A stretch of 64,000 bases of DNA from Acholeplasmataceae bacterium (GCA_041654835.1 JBAZCQ010000002.1:74476-138475); one strand, 5' to 3'. Shown: positions 21,860 through 31,578, counted from the first letter of the stretch. Numbers and translations: made by a program. The notes: generated by a model from the sequence alone, not told the origin.

Positions 21860-24010
21860 TTAGTCAATAATAAAGTAATCCGTTGTCTCACTTCTTCTTC
21901 TAAGTTCATTCTCAAAAGCAGTGCGATCGACAACTTCGGGATAGTAAATATCTTGGTAGGTTTGAAATTGCTTATAATTACCAAAGACATAATCATTCGT
22001 TGCAACCCAATACCATTCATTTGCTTTAATATTTTGAAGTGATAAACCGGGTTTAAAGTTTAGAGCAACACTCGAGTTTTGTGAGAGTGAGATGACTTGT
22101 TGACCCGAAATGAGTGCTGAGATAATTTGGTTATCGAAAGGGAAGAGGCGGTAAGTTGTTGCAACTGTCATCGGTTCATGATAAGCTAAACTATCTCGGG
22201 TTCCCCCGTAGTTATGAACACCAATATCAGCATCGGCACTTTCACGAATGATTTGAGCCATGAAAGTCGTGAGGGTGTCACGGCTATAACCAAATGAAGC
22301 CGTCAAAATCACATCATTCATTAAACCATCAATTTCACTTGCGTAATCTTGAATAATAGCCGATAACTCTTGATGAGGTGTATTTAAATTGCTGTTGCCT
22401 TTGTAATAATTACCATAACCGGTGTTTGTGAGTTCTTTATTAACAACCGTATATGACATGTAACCTAGGGCGCGAGCATTTGATAAAGATTGAATCACTG
22501 GAATATCATATTGGGTCTTTTCAACTTTGTTCGCGTGTAAATGACCGGTGAAAACACCTTTGACTAGCGGATTTGCGCTTACAGCATCATTAAAATATGT
22601 ATCATAAGCATGTGTTACGACAAAAACTGCATCAACATCAAAGTCTTCAATCAGTAAATTAATATAATAATTCGTCCATGTCGTTGGGTTAGCAAACTGA
22701 TAGCCTTCAATCCGACTTCTTGCAATTGAACTTTCTAAACCATAACCCATCGTTCCTACAACACCAATTTTTAAATCGCCTTTGGGAATGATGGCGTATG
22801 CATCAATGTAGTCAGGACGAGTGGTTGTGCCTTCATAAAAGACGTTGGCACCTAAAAGGGGATACTCTGCTTGAATATCCTCATAAAAAGGGTTAAAGTA
22901 ACGAGTAATCATTTCAATACCCCAGTCAAATTCATGGTTTCCAAGGACAAAGACGTCTAAATTCATGACATTAAGTAAGTCAATCATCGATGCCCCGTAG
23001 TAGTAATTTGATAAGATGTTACCTTGTAAAATATCACCACCAGCGACAAACATTGTCTCTTCGGGTTTATTTTTCGTTGTATCTAATAAGAACCCACCTA
23101 TTTTTGCTAATCCAATGTCACTATCTGTTTCTAAGATAGAACCGTGGGTATCATTGATATTATAAACATTTAACGTATCAATAGCTTCATCTGAAGATGC
23201 CATGACTTGCACACTAATCACTTGTTCAGTGCGAAGTCCGTATGAGTCTTCAACGTAATAAGTTAATGGATAAACACCAGGAATATCTAATTGAACTAAA
23301 TCATCAATGATACCGATTTGATCAGTTAAATCTCCATCTTCTAAATCATTTGCCTGAATATAAGCAAAATAATTAGGGGCATCATCATTTAAAAAATAAT
23401 ACACCCGGTGGTAATCAAATAATGTTGGTGCGGTATTATTCATCACAATGACATCATACTGATCAATTTTACGATTACCAAAACTATCATAAACTGTAAT
23501 CGTTATTTGATATGTGCCAGGTCTTTCAAAATCAACATCACCTTCAAAAATAATTTGTTCGGTTAATTCACCATCTACTTCATCAAATGCTTGAATATGT
23601 GCCTGATAGTCTGGAACTTCTTCACCGATGGTGTAATAAACATTGGCAACACCAACAAAATAAGGCTGAGTATAATCAATTTCAATAGGTTTAATTTTAA
23701 CGATAACGTAAATTTTTTGGGAAACTGCTTCACCCTCATTATCCAACACAATAAAATAGACATAATAAATGCCTGGTGTTTCATAATCCACTTCATCATC
23801 ATTAACGGTAATCTCAGTGATTGGATCACCAAATTCGTCAGTAATTGTTACTCCAGTTAAATAATCGGGTAAATCATCACCAATATAAAAAGTTGTATCT
23901 ACCAAACCACTAAACTCAATCTGAGTACGCGGATCTTCAGGTTCTTGGACACAACCAACTAAAAAAATTAGTACGAATATGGTCATTAAAATGAATTTAA
24001 ATGTTTTCAT
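21860..24010 (-). CDS. Lipoprotein: three Ig-like repeats fused to a metallophosphatase/5'-nucleotidase
   Basis: 716 aa. A signal peptide with lipobox LVGC (Cys20) is present. Three repeats of about 75 aa follow. The phosphoesterase motifs are NDTHG, GGDILQG and GNHEFD, followed by a 5'-nucleotidase-type C-terminal domain. Confidence 0.85.
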   Translation of the reverse strand: MKTFKFILMTIFVLIFLVGCVQEPEDPRTQIEFSGLVDTTFYIGDDLPDYLTGVTITDEFGDPITEITVNDDEVDYETPGIYYVYFIVLDNEGEAVSQKIYVIVKIKPIEIDYTQPYFVGVANVYYTIGEEVPDYQAHIQAFDEVDGELTEQIIFEGDVDFERPGTYQITITVYDSFGNRKIDQYDVIVMNNTAPTLFDYHRVYYFLNDDAPNYFAYIQANDLEDGDLTDQIGIIDDLVQLDIPGVYPLTYYVEDSYGLRTEQVISVQVMASSDEAIDTLNVYNINDTHGSILETDSDIGLAKIGGFLLDTTKNKPEETMFVAGGDILQGNILSNYYYGASMIDLLNVMNLDVFVLGNHEFDWGIEMITRYFNPFYEDIQAEYPLLGANVFYEGTTTRPDYIDAYAIIPKGDLKIGVVGTMGYGLESSIARSRIEGYQFANPTTWTNYYINLLIEDFDVDAVFVVTHAYDTYFNDAVSANPLVKGVFTGHLHANKVEKTQYDIPVIQSLSNARALGYMSYTVVNKELTNTGYGNYYKGNSNLNTPHQELSAIIQDYASEIDGLMNDVILTASFGYSRDTLTTFMAQIIRESADADIGVHNYGGTRDSLAYHEPMTVATTYRLFPFDNQIISALISGQQVISLSQNSSVALNFKPGLSLQNIKANEWYWVATNDYVFGNYKQFQTYQDIYYPEVVDRTAFENELRRRSETTDYFIID
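23201..23923 (-). repeat. Three tandem coding repeats (Ig-like / DUF5011-like modules) within the lipoprotein gene
   Basis: The units share the pattern Y-x-IG-(D/E)-x-PDY...D-x-(E/D)-DG-(E/D)-LT...PG-x-Y-x-(I/V/L)-x-Y-x-V-x-D-x-x-G. One example pair is TFYIGDDLPDY...PGIYYVYFIVLDNEG and VYYTIGEEVPDY...PGTYQITITVYDSFG. Confidence 0.75.
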
Positions 24011-24070
24011 ATGGCTTCCTCTCGTTCGTCAAATATTATAACATAGCCATACCTTTTTTTTCATGCAATA

Positions 24071-24079
24071 TGTTATAAT
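24071..24079 (+). promoter_or_regulatory. Extended -10 promoter element (TGtTATAAT) upstream of the chrA pair
   Basis: Exact TGnTATAAT lies 23 nt upstream of the ATG at 24102. AGGAGA is at 24087-24092. Confidence 0.5.
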
Positions 24080-24101
24080 GTTGCTTAGGAGACATGAACC
24101 T

Positions 24102-24671
24102 ATGAAACAAAAATTAAGCTTATGGGACATCTTTTGGACTTTCTTTAAAATTGGCGCTTTCACCTTCGGTGGTGGCTTAGCCATGATGCCTGTTATGCGG
24201 CGGGAAGTCGTTCATAAAAAAAATTGGGTTGACGATGAAGAAATTTTAAAAATTCTCGTCATTTCTGAATCAACCCCAGGCGTATTCGCGGTTAATTCCG
24301 CGACTTTTATTGGTTATAAACTGCGGAAGTTTATGGGTTCTTTAGTTGCGACGTTGGGTGTTGTCTTACCTTCTTTAATTACCATTTCCATTATATCGTT
24401 ATTTATTATTCAATTTCGTGAAATCAAATGGGTCAGTTACATGTTCTCAGGAATTCAAGTTGGCGTGGCGATTTTAATATTTAAAGCGGCACTATCTTTA
24501 AGTAAAAAACTAACGATGACCCTTTTTACAGGACTTGTTTTGGCCATTGTCTTTTTACTCGCTCTATTTACAAACATCAACGTCATCATTTTAATTTTCT
24601 TAAGTGCACTTGCAGGTGTCGTCTTCCATTACTTCTTAAGTTTAAAGGAGGCGAAACAACATGTGGCTTGA
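24102..24671 (+). CDS. chrA: Chromate transporter family protein (short ChrA, first of pair)
   Basis: The motif FKIGAFTFGGGLAMMP and a polytopic layout fit the family. The RBS-supported start is at 24102. Confidence 0.85.
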   Translation: MKQKLSLWDIFWTFFKIGAFTFGGGLAMMPVMRREVVHKKNWVDDEEILKILVISESTPGVFAVNSATFIGYKLRKFMGSLVATLGVVLPSLITISIISLFIIQFREIKWVSYMFSGIQVGVAILIFKAALSLSKKLTMTLFTGLVLAIVFLLALFTNINVIILIFLSALAGVVFHYFLSLKEAKQHVA

Positions 24672-25239
24672 GCTTTTAACTTTGTTTTGGATCTTCTTTA
24701 AAATTGGTGCCTTCACCTTTGGTGGTGGCTACGCAATGATTCCTTTGATGGAACAAGAAATTGTTGGCAGAGGCTATATTGATTTACAGCTTTTCGTTGA
24801 TTTTATCGGCATCTCTGAATCAACCCCAGGACCGATTTCAGTCAACATGGCAACTTTTATTGGTTTTCATGATTATGGTGTTTTAGGGGCTATTGTCACG
24901 ACAACCGCTGTTATTCTTCCTAGCTTTATTGTGATTTTAGTGATTGCGGCATTTGGCCAAAAATTCTTAGAGTCTAAGTTTGTTAAAGATGCTTTTACAG
25001 GCCTCAAGCCAGCTGTCATTGGACTTATTTTCTCAGTCGCATTTACGCTTTTAGTAAGAACGTTATTTCCTCACATCCATTTCACAGAAATGATCTTTGA
25101 TTTTCAAGTTTTTAATTACCGTAATTTAATTATTTTAATCGTCCTTCTCGCTGTTCTTTTCATTAAGAAAAAAACATCGCCGATTTTACTTATTTTACTA
25201 TCAGCAGGTTTAGGACTTTTAGTCTACGCTTTAATGTAG
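24661..25239 (+). CDS. chrA: Chromate transporter family protein (short ChrA, second of pair)
   Basis: The motif FKIGAFTFGGGYAMIP is present. It overlaps the first half-gene by 11 nt, the classic split-ChrA pair. Confidence 0.85.
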   Translation: MWLELLTLFWIFFKIGAFTFGGGYAMIPLMEQEIVGRGYIDLQLFVDFIGISESTPGPISVNMATFIGFHDYGVLGAIVTTTAVILPSFIVILVIAAFGQKFLESKFVKDAFTGLKPAVIGLIFSVAFTLLVRTLFPHIHFTEMIFDFQVFNYRNLIILIVLLAVLFIKKKTSPILLILLSAGLGLLVYALM

Positions 25240-25248
25240 GAGTTTAAA

Positions 25249-25989
25249 ATGAAAAATTTAAGTTGGTTAAAACATGATTTAATTGCCCATCGTGGTTTAT
25301 ATTCACAAGATCAACAAATACCCGAAAATACCATTGCAGCTTTTCAAAATGCTTTAAATCATGGATATACGATTGAACTTGATGTCAATCTTTTAAAAGA
25401 TGGAACCGTTGTTTCTTACCATGACCCCACTTTAAAACGTTTATTCAATAAAGCGACACCTCTTAGTGACTTAACTTTTGAAGACCTTAAAAAGTACCGC
25501 TTCTCTAATGGAGAAGGCATCCCTAGTTTAGAAGCGGTCCTTCAATTTGTGGATGGAAAAGTTCCTTTACTTATTGAATTAAAACCTTTCGGTGATGTTA
25601 AAACATTGTGTCACCAAGTGATGAAAGTTTTACAAAACTATACTGGATCTTACGCTTTATTTAGTTTTCATCCGCGCGTCGTCTATTGTTTAAAAAAGTA
25701 TTATCCCCACGTTATAAGAGGACAAATTGCGGAGACATATAAAACAAATAAACGACTTAACTTTATTACAAAATGGCTTTTAAGAACAATGGTGTTTAAT
25801 CTCTTTACAAAGCCAGATTTCATTAGTTATTGGATTCATGATTTACCTCTTAAACGTTTAGATAGGTTAAAGACAAAAGGGATGACCATCATCAGTTACG
25901 CTGCTCAAAACCAAGCTGAATTTTCGATGGTAAAAAAACATTATCATAATGTTGTCTTTGAGTTTTTCCATCCAAAAATTAAAAACTAA
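25249..25989 (+). CDS. Glycerophosphodiester phosphodiesterase family protein
   Basis: 246 aa. The IAHRG ... ELDV ... LIELK pattern of the GDPD fold is present. Confidence 0.8.
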   Translation: MKNLSWLKHDLIAHRGLYSQDQQIPENTIAAFQNALNHGYTIELDVNLLKDGTVVSYHDPTLKRLFNKATPLSDLTFEDLKKYRFSNGEGIPSLEAVLQFVDGKVPLLIELKPFGDVKTLCHQVMKVLQNYTGSYALFSFHPRVVYCLKKYYPHVIRGQIAETYKTNKRLNFITKWLLRTMVFNLFTKPDFISYWIHDLPLKRLDRLKTKGMTIISYAAQNQAEFSMVKKHYHNVVFEFFHPKIKN

Positions 25990-25993
25990 AAAA

Positions 25994-26016
25994 AGGCTTT
26001 GCACTATGCAAGCCTT
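25994..26016. terminator. Bidirectional terminator between the GDPD gene (+) and the MFS gene (-)
   Basis: Hairpin AAGGCTT(T)GCA-cta-TGCAAGCCTT is flanked by A-run and T-run. Confidence 0.7.
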
Positions 26017-26027
26017 TTCTTTTTTTA

Positions 26028-27635
26028 TTAATCCATATCAACATCGAAACTTTCAAGTAAACCTTTTCTTTCAACAAACTCGGCATCGCCGTGTTTCGTA
26101 AAGAACATCGTAATAAAGCTTAAACCAACAAAGATAGCAGCATAGGGGAATAGGACCAATCTTGTCTTAAAGACATAGTCCATAAAAATGCCTGATAAAA
26201 TCGGTGTTAAAATTTGAGCTGCCATTGAGAAGGTGTAGTAATATCCGGTATAACGACCCACATTGGATCCTTTCGCTAGCTCAACAACCATCGGGTATGA
26301 GTTCACGTTAATCGTGGCCCAACCAATCCCAGTTAAACCAAAGACGATGTACATAATCCAGCCGGTATTTTCATTGACGAAAGCTGCTGATCCAAAGCAT
26401 ATTGTCAGTAGGACAACTCCAATTAAGATGCTCTTTTTTCGACCAATTTTGGTTGAGATAATGCCAATGGGAATGAAGGCAATAATTGCAGTCACATTCG
26501 CAACTAATAAAGGCATCGTAAACGAAGAAATTCTTAAGACGTGAGGAACATAGTCTGAGACTTTAGAAATAACAGCGTTATAGCCCATAAACCATAGGAA
26601 GACAGACGCTAAAATTAAGATGAGTGAGAGACGCTTATCTTTTGATAAATGGCCGCCAGTTTCCTCCTCTTCTTCATCTTCTGTTAAATCAAACTGTTTC
26701 ATTTCCTCTTGATTTAAAGCAACAAGTTTCGGTTCTTTTACTTTCCAAAGGAAAATAATTAAGACAATGAGCATAATGGCCCCAACTGCGACGAAAGCTG
26801 CCGTATAGTGGACATACGATTTTCCATCTAGACCTAAGACAGTTAATAAAATAAGTGATGTGGTTCCCGCAGCTGCGCCCATTAAGTTAATGATTGCATT
26901 CGCTTTACTTCTTAATGGTTTTAAAGTGACATCGGGCATTAAGCTAACTGCCGGTGAACGGAAAACGGACATCGCGACTAAGGCAATTAAAAGGGTTGTA
27001 ATAAAAATAACGAAGTTAACGGGGCTTTTGACTGTTTCTTCCCAAGCAAGCTGGGATAAATATGTTTGGTAGTAGTCATTTAAGAATGCAAGGTCACCAA
27101 CATCTAATTCTGGGCCTGCGTTATCATTTAAAATCGCAAGAATTTTACTCTCGGTTTGGTTTTCCCATTTATCAAACGTTGCTTGGTTGATTGCGCCAGA
27201 GGTGAGTTTCGCTTGTCTTTCAGCACGCATATCGACTAAGAGCCCATCCCAAAATGTTTCTAGACGGCGGACATCACTTTCACGATATTCGGTGTATAAA
27301 CCAATAATTTCGGTTTGTTCAATGCGTTTCGTTTGGATGTTATCCATCAATGAAAGTCCCATAAAGGCAAATGCAGCAACAACCGTACCAACAATGATAT
27401 ACGGCGTTCTTCGCCCTCTTTTATGATTGGTGCGATCTGATAAGGCACCAAAGAGAGGTAACATAAATAAGGCAAGCATATTGTCTAAAGCCATAACGAC
27501 CCCAGAGGCTGTTTGGTTCAAGCCAAACTTATCGATCATGATTTTGGCAATAATATTGTCATATGTTTGCCAGAAAATAGTAATGATAAAAAAGGCAAGT
27601 CCAACATAAAAAGTTTTTTTGTAATCTAATTTCAT
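26028..27635 (-). CDS. MFS transporter with a large hydrophilic insertion
   Basis: 535 aa with about 12 TM segments. A soluble loop of about 100 aa follows the first TM bundle. The motif DRTNHKRGRR resembles the MFS loop 2-3 motif. Confidence 0.8.
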   Translation of the reverse strand: MKLDYKKTFYVGLAFFIITIFWQTYDNIIAKIMIDKFGLNQTASGVVMALDNMLALFMLPLFGALSDRTNHKRGRRTPYIIVGTVVAAFAFMGLSLMDNIQTKRIEQTEIIGLYTEYRESDVRRLETFWDGLLVDMRAERQAKLTSGAINQATFDKWENQTESKILAILNDNAGPELDVGDLAFLNDYYQTYLSQLAWEETVKSPVNFVIFITTLLIALVAMSVFRSPAVSLMPDVTLKPLRSKANAIINLMGAAAGTTSLILLTVLGLDGKSYVHYTAAFVAVGAIMLIVLIIFLWKVKEPKLVALNQEEMKQFDLTEDEEEEETGGHLSKDKRLSLILILASVFLWFMGYNAVISKVSDYVPHVLRISSFTMPLLVANVTAIIAFIPIGIISTKIGRKKSILIGVVLLTICFGSAAFVNENTGWIMYIVFGLTGIGWATINVNSYPMVVELAKGSNVGRYTGYYYTFSMAAQILTPILSGIFMDYVFKTRLVLFPYAAIFVGLSFITMFFTKHGDAEFVERKGLLESFDVDMD

Positions 27636-27765
27636 GTAAACACCTATATCTTTCTTCAGTTTTTTTAATTTCTTTCATTATAGCATTAAAAAGCCAATAA
27701 CGATATTTTTATTCGTTAAATCTATGATGAATCTATCACTTTAAAAATCTTTTTCAATCTTTCGT

Positions 27766-27796
27766 AAAAAAAACCATCTCTATTTTGAGATGGTTT
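27766..27796 (-). terminator. Intrinsic terminator of the leucine dehydrogenase/oxidoreductase operon
   Basis: Hairpin AACCATCTC-loop-GAGATGGTT is followed by a U-run of 8 on the minus strand. Confidence 0.8.
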
Positions 27797-27812
27797 TTCC
27801 ATATCATTGTTT

Positions 27813-28349
27813 TTAAAGTTGAACGTATTCGTGACCAATCGCGACTGCTTGACGGTTCACAGGTAAGAAGCGTTCTTTTCCATTACTAAAGAAAAACTCT
27901 AAACTTTTATCAATCGTCTCTTCTGTAAAAATACCTGTTACTTTTAAGAAGGCGCCGAGCATGATCATATTCGCTACTTGTGGTGTTGATAATTCATTTG
28001 CCAAGTCATTCATCGGAACACCATAAATATTTTTTGGTCCCTTTACTTCATCTTGGATTAATGATGAGTTATAAATGAGATTTCCATCATCTTCTACTTG
28101 ATCGATAAACTTATGTAAGGATGGTAAATTAAAAATTAATAAATCATCTGCTTTTTTAAAGATAGGTGAATAAATCGGTTGATCACTAACAACAACAGAA
28201 CAGTTGGCCGTCCCACCGCGTGTTTCTGGTCCATAAGTTGGAACCCAAACACAATTTAATCCTTGAAGGTTTGCAGCATAGGCAATCATTTGCCCGGTTA
28301 ACATAACACCTTGGCCACCAAAGCCAGCAATTTTAATTTTTCTAGTCAT
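27813..28349 (-). CDS. 2-oxoacid:ferredoxin oxidoreductase, gamma subunit
   Basis: 178 aa. The N-terminus IKIAGFGGQGVMLTG is typical of the gamma subunit. Confidence 0.88.
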   Translation of the reverse strand: MTRKIKIAGFGGQGVMLTGQMIAYAANLQGLNCVWVPTYGPETRGGTANCSVVVSDQPIYSPIFKKADDLLIFNLPSLHKFIDQVEDDGNLIYNSSLIQDEVKGPKNIYGVPMNDLANELSTPQVANMIMLGAFLKVTGIFTEETIDKSLEFFFSNGKERFLPVNRQAVAIGHEYVQL

Positions 28350-29085
28350 CTTTCATCACATCCTTAAAGACGCCCAATGGGAAGACAGGAACCATTTCTT
28401 CTTTGACGCGTTCCATCGCGGCAAAAGGATCCATTCTCCAGTTTACGGGGCATGTAGATAAAACTTCAATTAAAGTAAAGCCACGACCTTCTAATTGATA
28501 CGTAAAGGCTTTTTTAATCGCCCGTTTTGTTTTACGGATGTTACCGACATCGGTTAACATGACGCGCTCAACATAAGCTGTTCCATCGATTTGAGCAAGG
28601 ATTTCAGCCATTTTAATTGGATTACCATGTTGTGCAAGCACTCTTCCATCTTGGGAAGTCGTTGTTTTTTGACCGATTAACGTTGTTGGAGCCATTTGAC
28701 CACCCGTCATGCCGTAGGTCGTGTTATTTGCATAAATAACGGTAAAGTTTTCACCACGGTTTGCGGCATGTAATGTTTCGGCAATCCCAATCGACGCCAA
28801 GTCGCCGTCACCTTGATAGGTAAAAACAACACTATCTGGTAGAGAACGTTTAACACCGGTTGCCAATGCACAGGCACGGCCATGAGCTGCTTGTTGCATG
28901 TCGCAGTTAAAGTAATCATAACTTAAAACGGAACAACCAACAGAAGCGATGCCAATTGTTTTATCTAAAACGTTCAGTTCATCTAATACTTCAGCTACAA
29001 TTTTATGAAGAATTCCGTGGGTACAACCCGGACAATAGTGAGTTGCGTTTGTCGTTAGACCAGCACTTCTTTCATATTTAATCAT
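28342..29085 (-). CDS. 2-oxoacid:ferredoxin oxidoreductase, beta (TPP-binding) subunit
   Basis: CPGCTHG and the TPP motif GDGDLASIG are present. The ATG at 29085 lies 1 nt after the alpha stop. The longer track ORF overlaps alpha. Confidence 0.88.
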   Translation of the reverse strand: MIKYERSAGLTTNATHYCPGCTHGILHKIVAEVLDELNVLDKTIGIASVGCSVLSYDYFNCDMQQAAHGRACALATGVKRSLPDSVVFTYQGDGDLASIGIAETLHAANRGENFTVIYANNTTYGMTGGQMAPTTLIGQKTTTSQDGRVLAQHGNPIKMAEILAQIDGTAYVERVMLTDVGNIRKTKRAIKKAFTYQLEGRGFTLIEVLSTCPVNWRMDPFAAMERVKEEMVPVFPLGVFKDVMKDD

Positions 29086-29086
29086 C

Positions 29087-30154
29087 TTAGTCCACCACTC
29101 TTTCATCAAACGTTAAAATTGCTTCGACAATTTCTTCAGGCTCAGGAACCATTCCCCCAGAACGGCCATAAAAGGCAACTGGGAAACGACCCTTATTAGA
29201 AATTAAGACATCATCAAGCATTTGTCCGTGTGACATTTCCGCAACCAAAATGCCTTTGGTTGTTTTAGGAATAAGGTCAAAAGCTTTTTTCGGATAAGGC
29301 CATAATGTAATCGGACGGATCATGCCAACATTAACACCATTTTCAGCTAAACTTTGAATGGCAGAACGACAAATTCTCGCAGTTGTTCCATACGCAACGA
29401 TGACGTAATCCGGATTTTCCATGTTAATCATTTCAAATTGAACTTCATTTTTAGTAATTTCTTTATACTTCGCTTGTAAGCGTAAGTTATGCGCTTCTAA
29501 ATCTTGAGCTTGTAAAAATAAGCTGTTAATAATATTTCTTCCTTCATGGTTTCTTGTTCCTGTTGAAGCCCATGTTTTTGGTGGTAATTTTCTTTCTTTT
29601 ACCGGACGATCTAAATCAACCGCCTCCATCATTTGACCAATTAAACCATCAGCTAATACCATAACTGGGTTTCTGTATTGATCGGCAATGTCAAATGCTT
29701 CTTTCATTAAATCGACTGTTTCTTGAACAGATTCAGGTGCTAAAACAACAACGTTATAGTCACCATTTCCACCACCGCGAGTTGCTTGATAGTAATCACC
29801 TTGTGAAGGTTGAATCGAACCTAAACCAGGACCACCACGCATGACTGAACCAATTACACATGGTAATTCAGCTCCACATAAGTAGCTAATCCCTTCTTGT
29901 TTTAAAGCGATTCCTACTGATGATGAAGATGTCATCACCCGTTTACCAGCACCAGCAGCTCCGTAAACCATATTGATTGCGGATACTTCACTTTCAGCTT
30001 GAACAAAAACCTTACCTTCGTCCAACATTAATTTTGATAAATATTCTGGAACTTCGTTTTGCGGTGTAATTGGATAACCAAAGAAACAATCCAATCCAGC
30101 TTTCATTGCTGCGCGAGCAATCGCTTCGTTCCCTTTCATTAAGACTTTACTCAT
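29087..30154 (-). CDS. 2-oxoacid:ferredoxin oxidoreductase, alpha subunit (VorB/PorA-like)
   Basis: 355 aa. The N-terminus is MKGNEAIARAAMKAGLDCFFGYPITPQNE. Confidence 0.88.
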   Translation of the reverse strand: MSKVLMKGNEAIARAAMKAGLDCFFGYPITPQNEVPEYLSKLMLDEGKVFVQAESEVSAINMVYGAAGAGKRVMTSSSSVGIALKQEGISYLCGAELPCVIGSVMRGGPGLGSIQPSQGDYYQATRGGGNGDYNVVVLAPESVQETVDLMKEAFDIADQYRNPVMVLADGLIGQMMEAVDLDRPVKERKLPPKTWASTGTRNHEGRNIINSLFLQAQDLEAHNLRLQAKYKEITKNEVQFEMINMENPDYVIVAYGTTARICRSAIQSLAENGVNVGMIRPITLWPYPKKAFDLIPKTTKGILVAEMSHGQMLDDVLISNKGRFPVAFYGRSGGMVPEPEEIVEAILTFDERVVD

Positions 30155-30375
30155 GTTCCTAACACCTCCACTTTAATGACTGAGTCTGGACAAATGATTG
30201 CACAATTCGCGCAACCAATGCATTTATCCATATCGGACACAGAAATGAGATGATAGCCTTTTTTGTTTGAGCGATTTTTGTCAAGACTCAAAATATGAAC
30301 TGGACATACATGCGTACAAAGTTCACAGCCTTTACAAATTTCATCGTCAAAGCTTACTCTTCCTTTTCTAGCCAT
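30151..30375 (-). CDS. 4Fe-4S ferredoxin-type delta subunit of the oxidoreductase
   Basis: 74 aa. It carries two CxxCxxCxxxCP motifs (CKGCELCTHVCP and CIGCANCAIICP). Confidence 0.88.
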   Translation of the reverse strand: MARKGRVSFDDEICKGCELCTHVCPVHILSLDKNRSNKKGYHLISVSDMDKCIGCANCAIICPDSVIKVEVLGT

Positions 30376-30387
30376 CTATTAACTCTC

Positions 30388-31467
30388 CTATCTTTTAATG
30401 TAATTACTTCTGACTAAAGCAATCGTTTCCATCCGCTTAGTCGCGAAAATTTTCGCGGCTTCTTGGGTATGGGTATTTTCTTTATCAGCAATCTTATAAA
30501 TTTCTAATAAACGGTCATAAATTCTTTCAATGTCTCGTTTGGCGCGATCTTTTTCATAGCCTTTTAATTCGTGAGCAACGTTAATGAGTCCCCCAGCATT
30601 AATCACGAAATCCGGCGCATATAAAATCCCGCGGTCTTTTAACATTTGACCGTGAATATCTTCTTCTAATAAAACGTTATTTGCCGTTCCTGCAACAACT
30701 TTCGCTTTGATTTCAGGAATGGTCTTATCATTTAATGAGCCCCCTAAAGCACAAGGTGATAAAACATCGACATCTAATTTAAAATAATCTTCTGGTTTAA
30801 CAAATTCAACTTCTGGATGTTCTTCAGCTAAACGAGCGATATGTCTTTCGTTAATTTCTGAGAAATAAACTTTTTTTGCTTGGTGTTCAAGTAAATATTT
30901 AATAAGATAATATCCTGTTTGACCTGCACCTTGAACCGCGAACGTATATTTAGAAATATCATCATCGCCAAATTGGTGCTTTAAAGAAGCACGAATCCCG
31001 CAAAACGCACCCCACGCAGTCATGGGTGATGGATTTCCACTTTTACCTTCTAAACCAACAACATGGTCTGTTTCCATATTGACATAATCTAAATCTTTCG
31101 TTGTCGTGTTCACATCTTCTGCTGTAATATAACGACCGTTTAATGATTGGACAAATCTTCCTAATGCACGGAAGTAAGCTTCTGACTTCACTTGATCAGC
31201 ATCACCGATTAAAACCGATTTGCCGCCCCCCAAGTTTAATCCTGCTGCCGCTGCCTTATAGGTCATGCCGCGGGCAAGTCTTAAGCAGTCTAGCGTTGCT
31301 TCATCTTCAGATGCATAATTCCATAAACGTGTTCCCCCCAACGCAGGTCCTAGCGTGGTGTCGTGGATTACAGTAATTCCTTTTAAACCTGTGGTTTTGT
31401 CATAAAATTTGACAACTTGTTCAAAACCGTATTTTGACATATAGTCAAAAACTTTAAAATCGCTCAT
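30388..31467 (-). CDS. Leucine (branched-chain amino acid) dehydrogenase, Glu/Leu/Phe/Val dehydrogenase family
   Basis: 359 aa from the ATG at 31467, preceded by GAAGGGAG. The catalytic region GGGKSVLIGD and the Rossmann motif VQGAGQTG are present. Confidence 0.88.
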   Translation of the reverse strand: MSDFKVFDYMSKYGFEQVVKFYDKTTGLKGITVIHDTTLGPALGGTRLWNYASEDEATLDCLRLARGMTYKAAAAGLNLGGGKSVLIGDADQVKSEAYFRALGRFVQSLNGRYITAEDVNTTTKDLDYVNMETDHVVGLEGKSGNPSPMTAWGAFCGIRASLKHQFGDDDISKYTFAVQGAGQTGYYLIKYLLEHQAKKVYFSEINERHIARLAEEHPEVEFVKPEDYFKLDVDVLSPCALGGSLNDKTIPEIKAKVVAGTANNVLLEEDIHGQMLKDRGILYAPDFVINAGGLINVAHELKGYEKDRAKRDIERIYDRLLEIYKIADKENTHTQEAAKIFATKRMETIALVRSNYIKR

Positions 31468-31510
31468 CGTTTCTACTCCCTTCAATTTTCATAAAGCGCT
31501 TACATTAAAC

Positions 31511-31519
31511 ATTATAACA
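31511..31519 (-). promoter_or_regulatory. Extended -10 promoter element (TGtTATAAT) upstream of the leucine dehydrogenase operon
   Basis: The minus strand reads TGTTATAAT about 45 nt upstream of the start codon. Confidence 0.45.
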
Positions 31520-31578
31520 TAGTTATGTCAAGAATAAAGCCCTTTTTATCATAATCTTTTTAAAAAGAAAAGGATACT

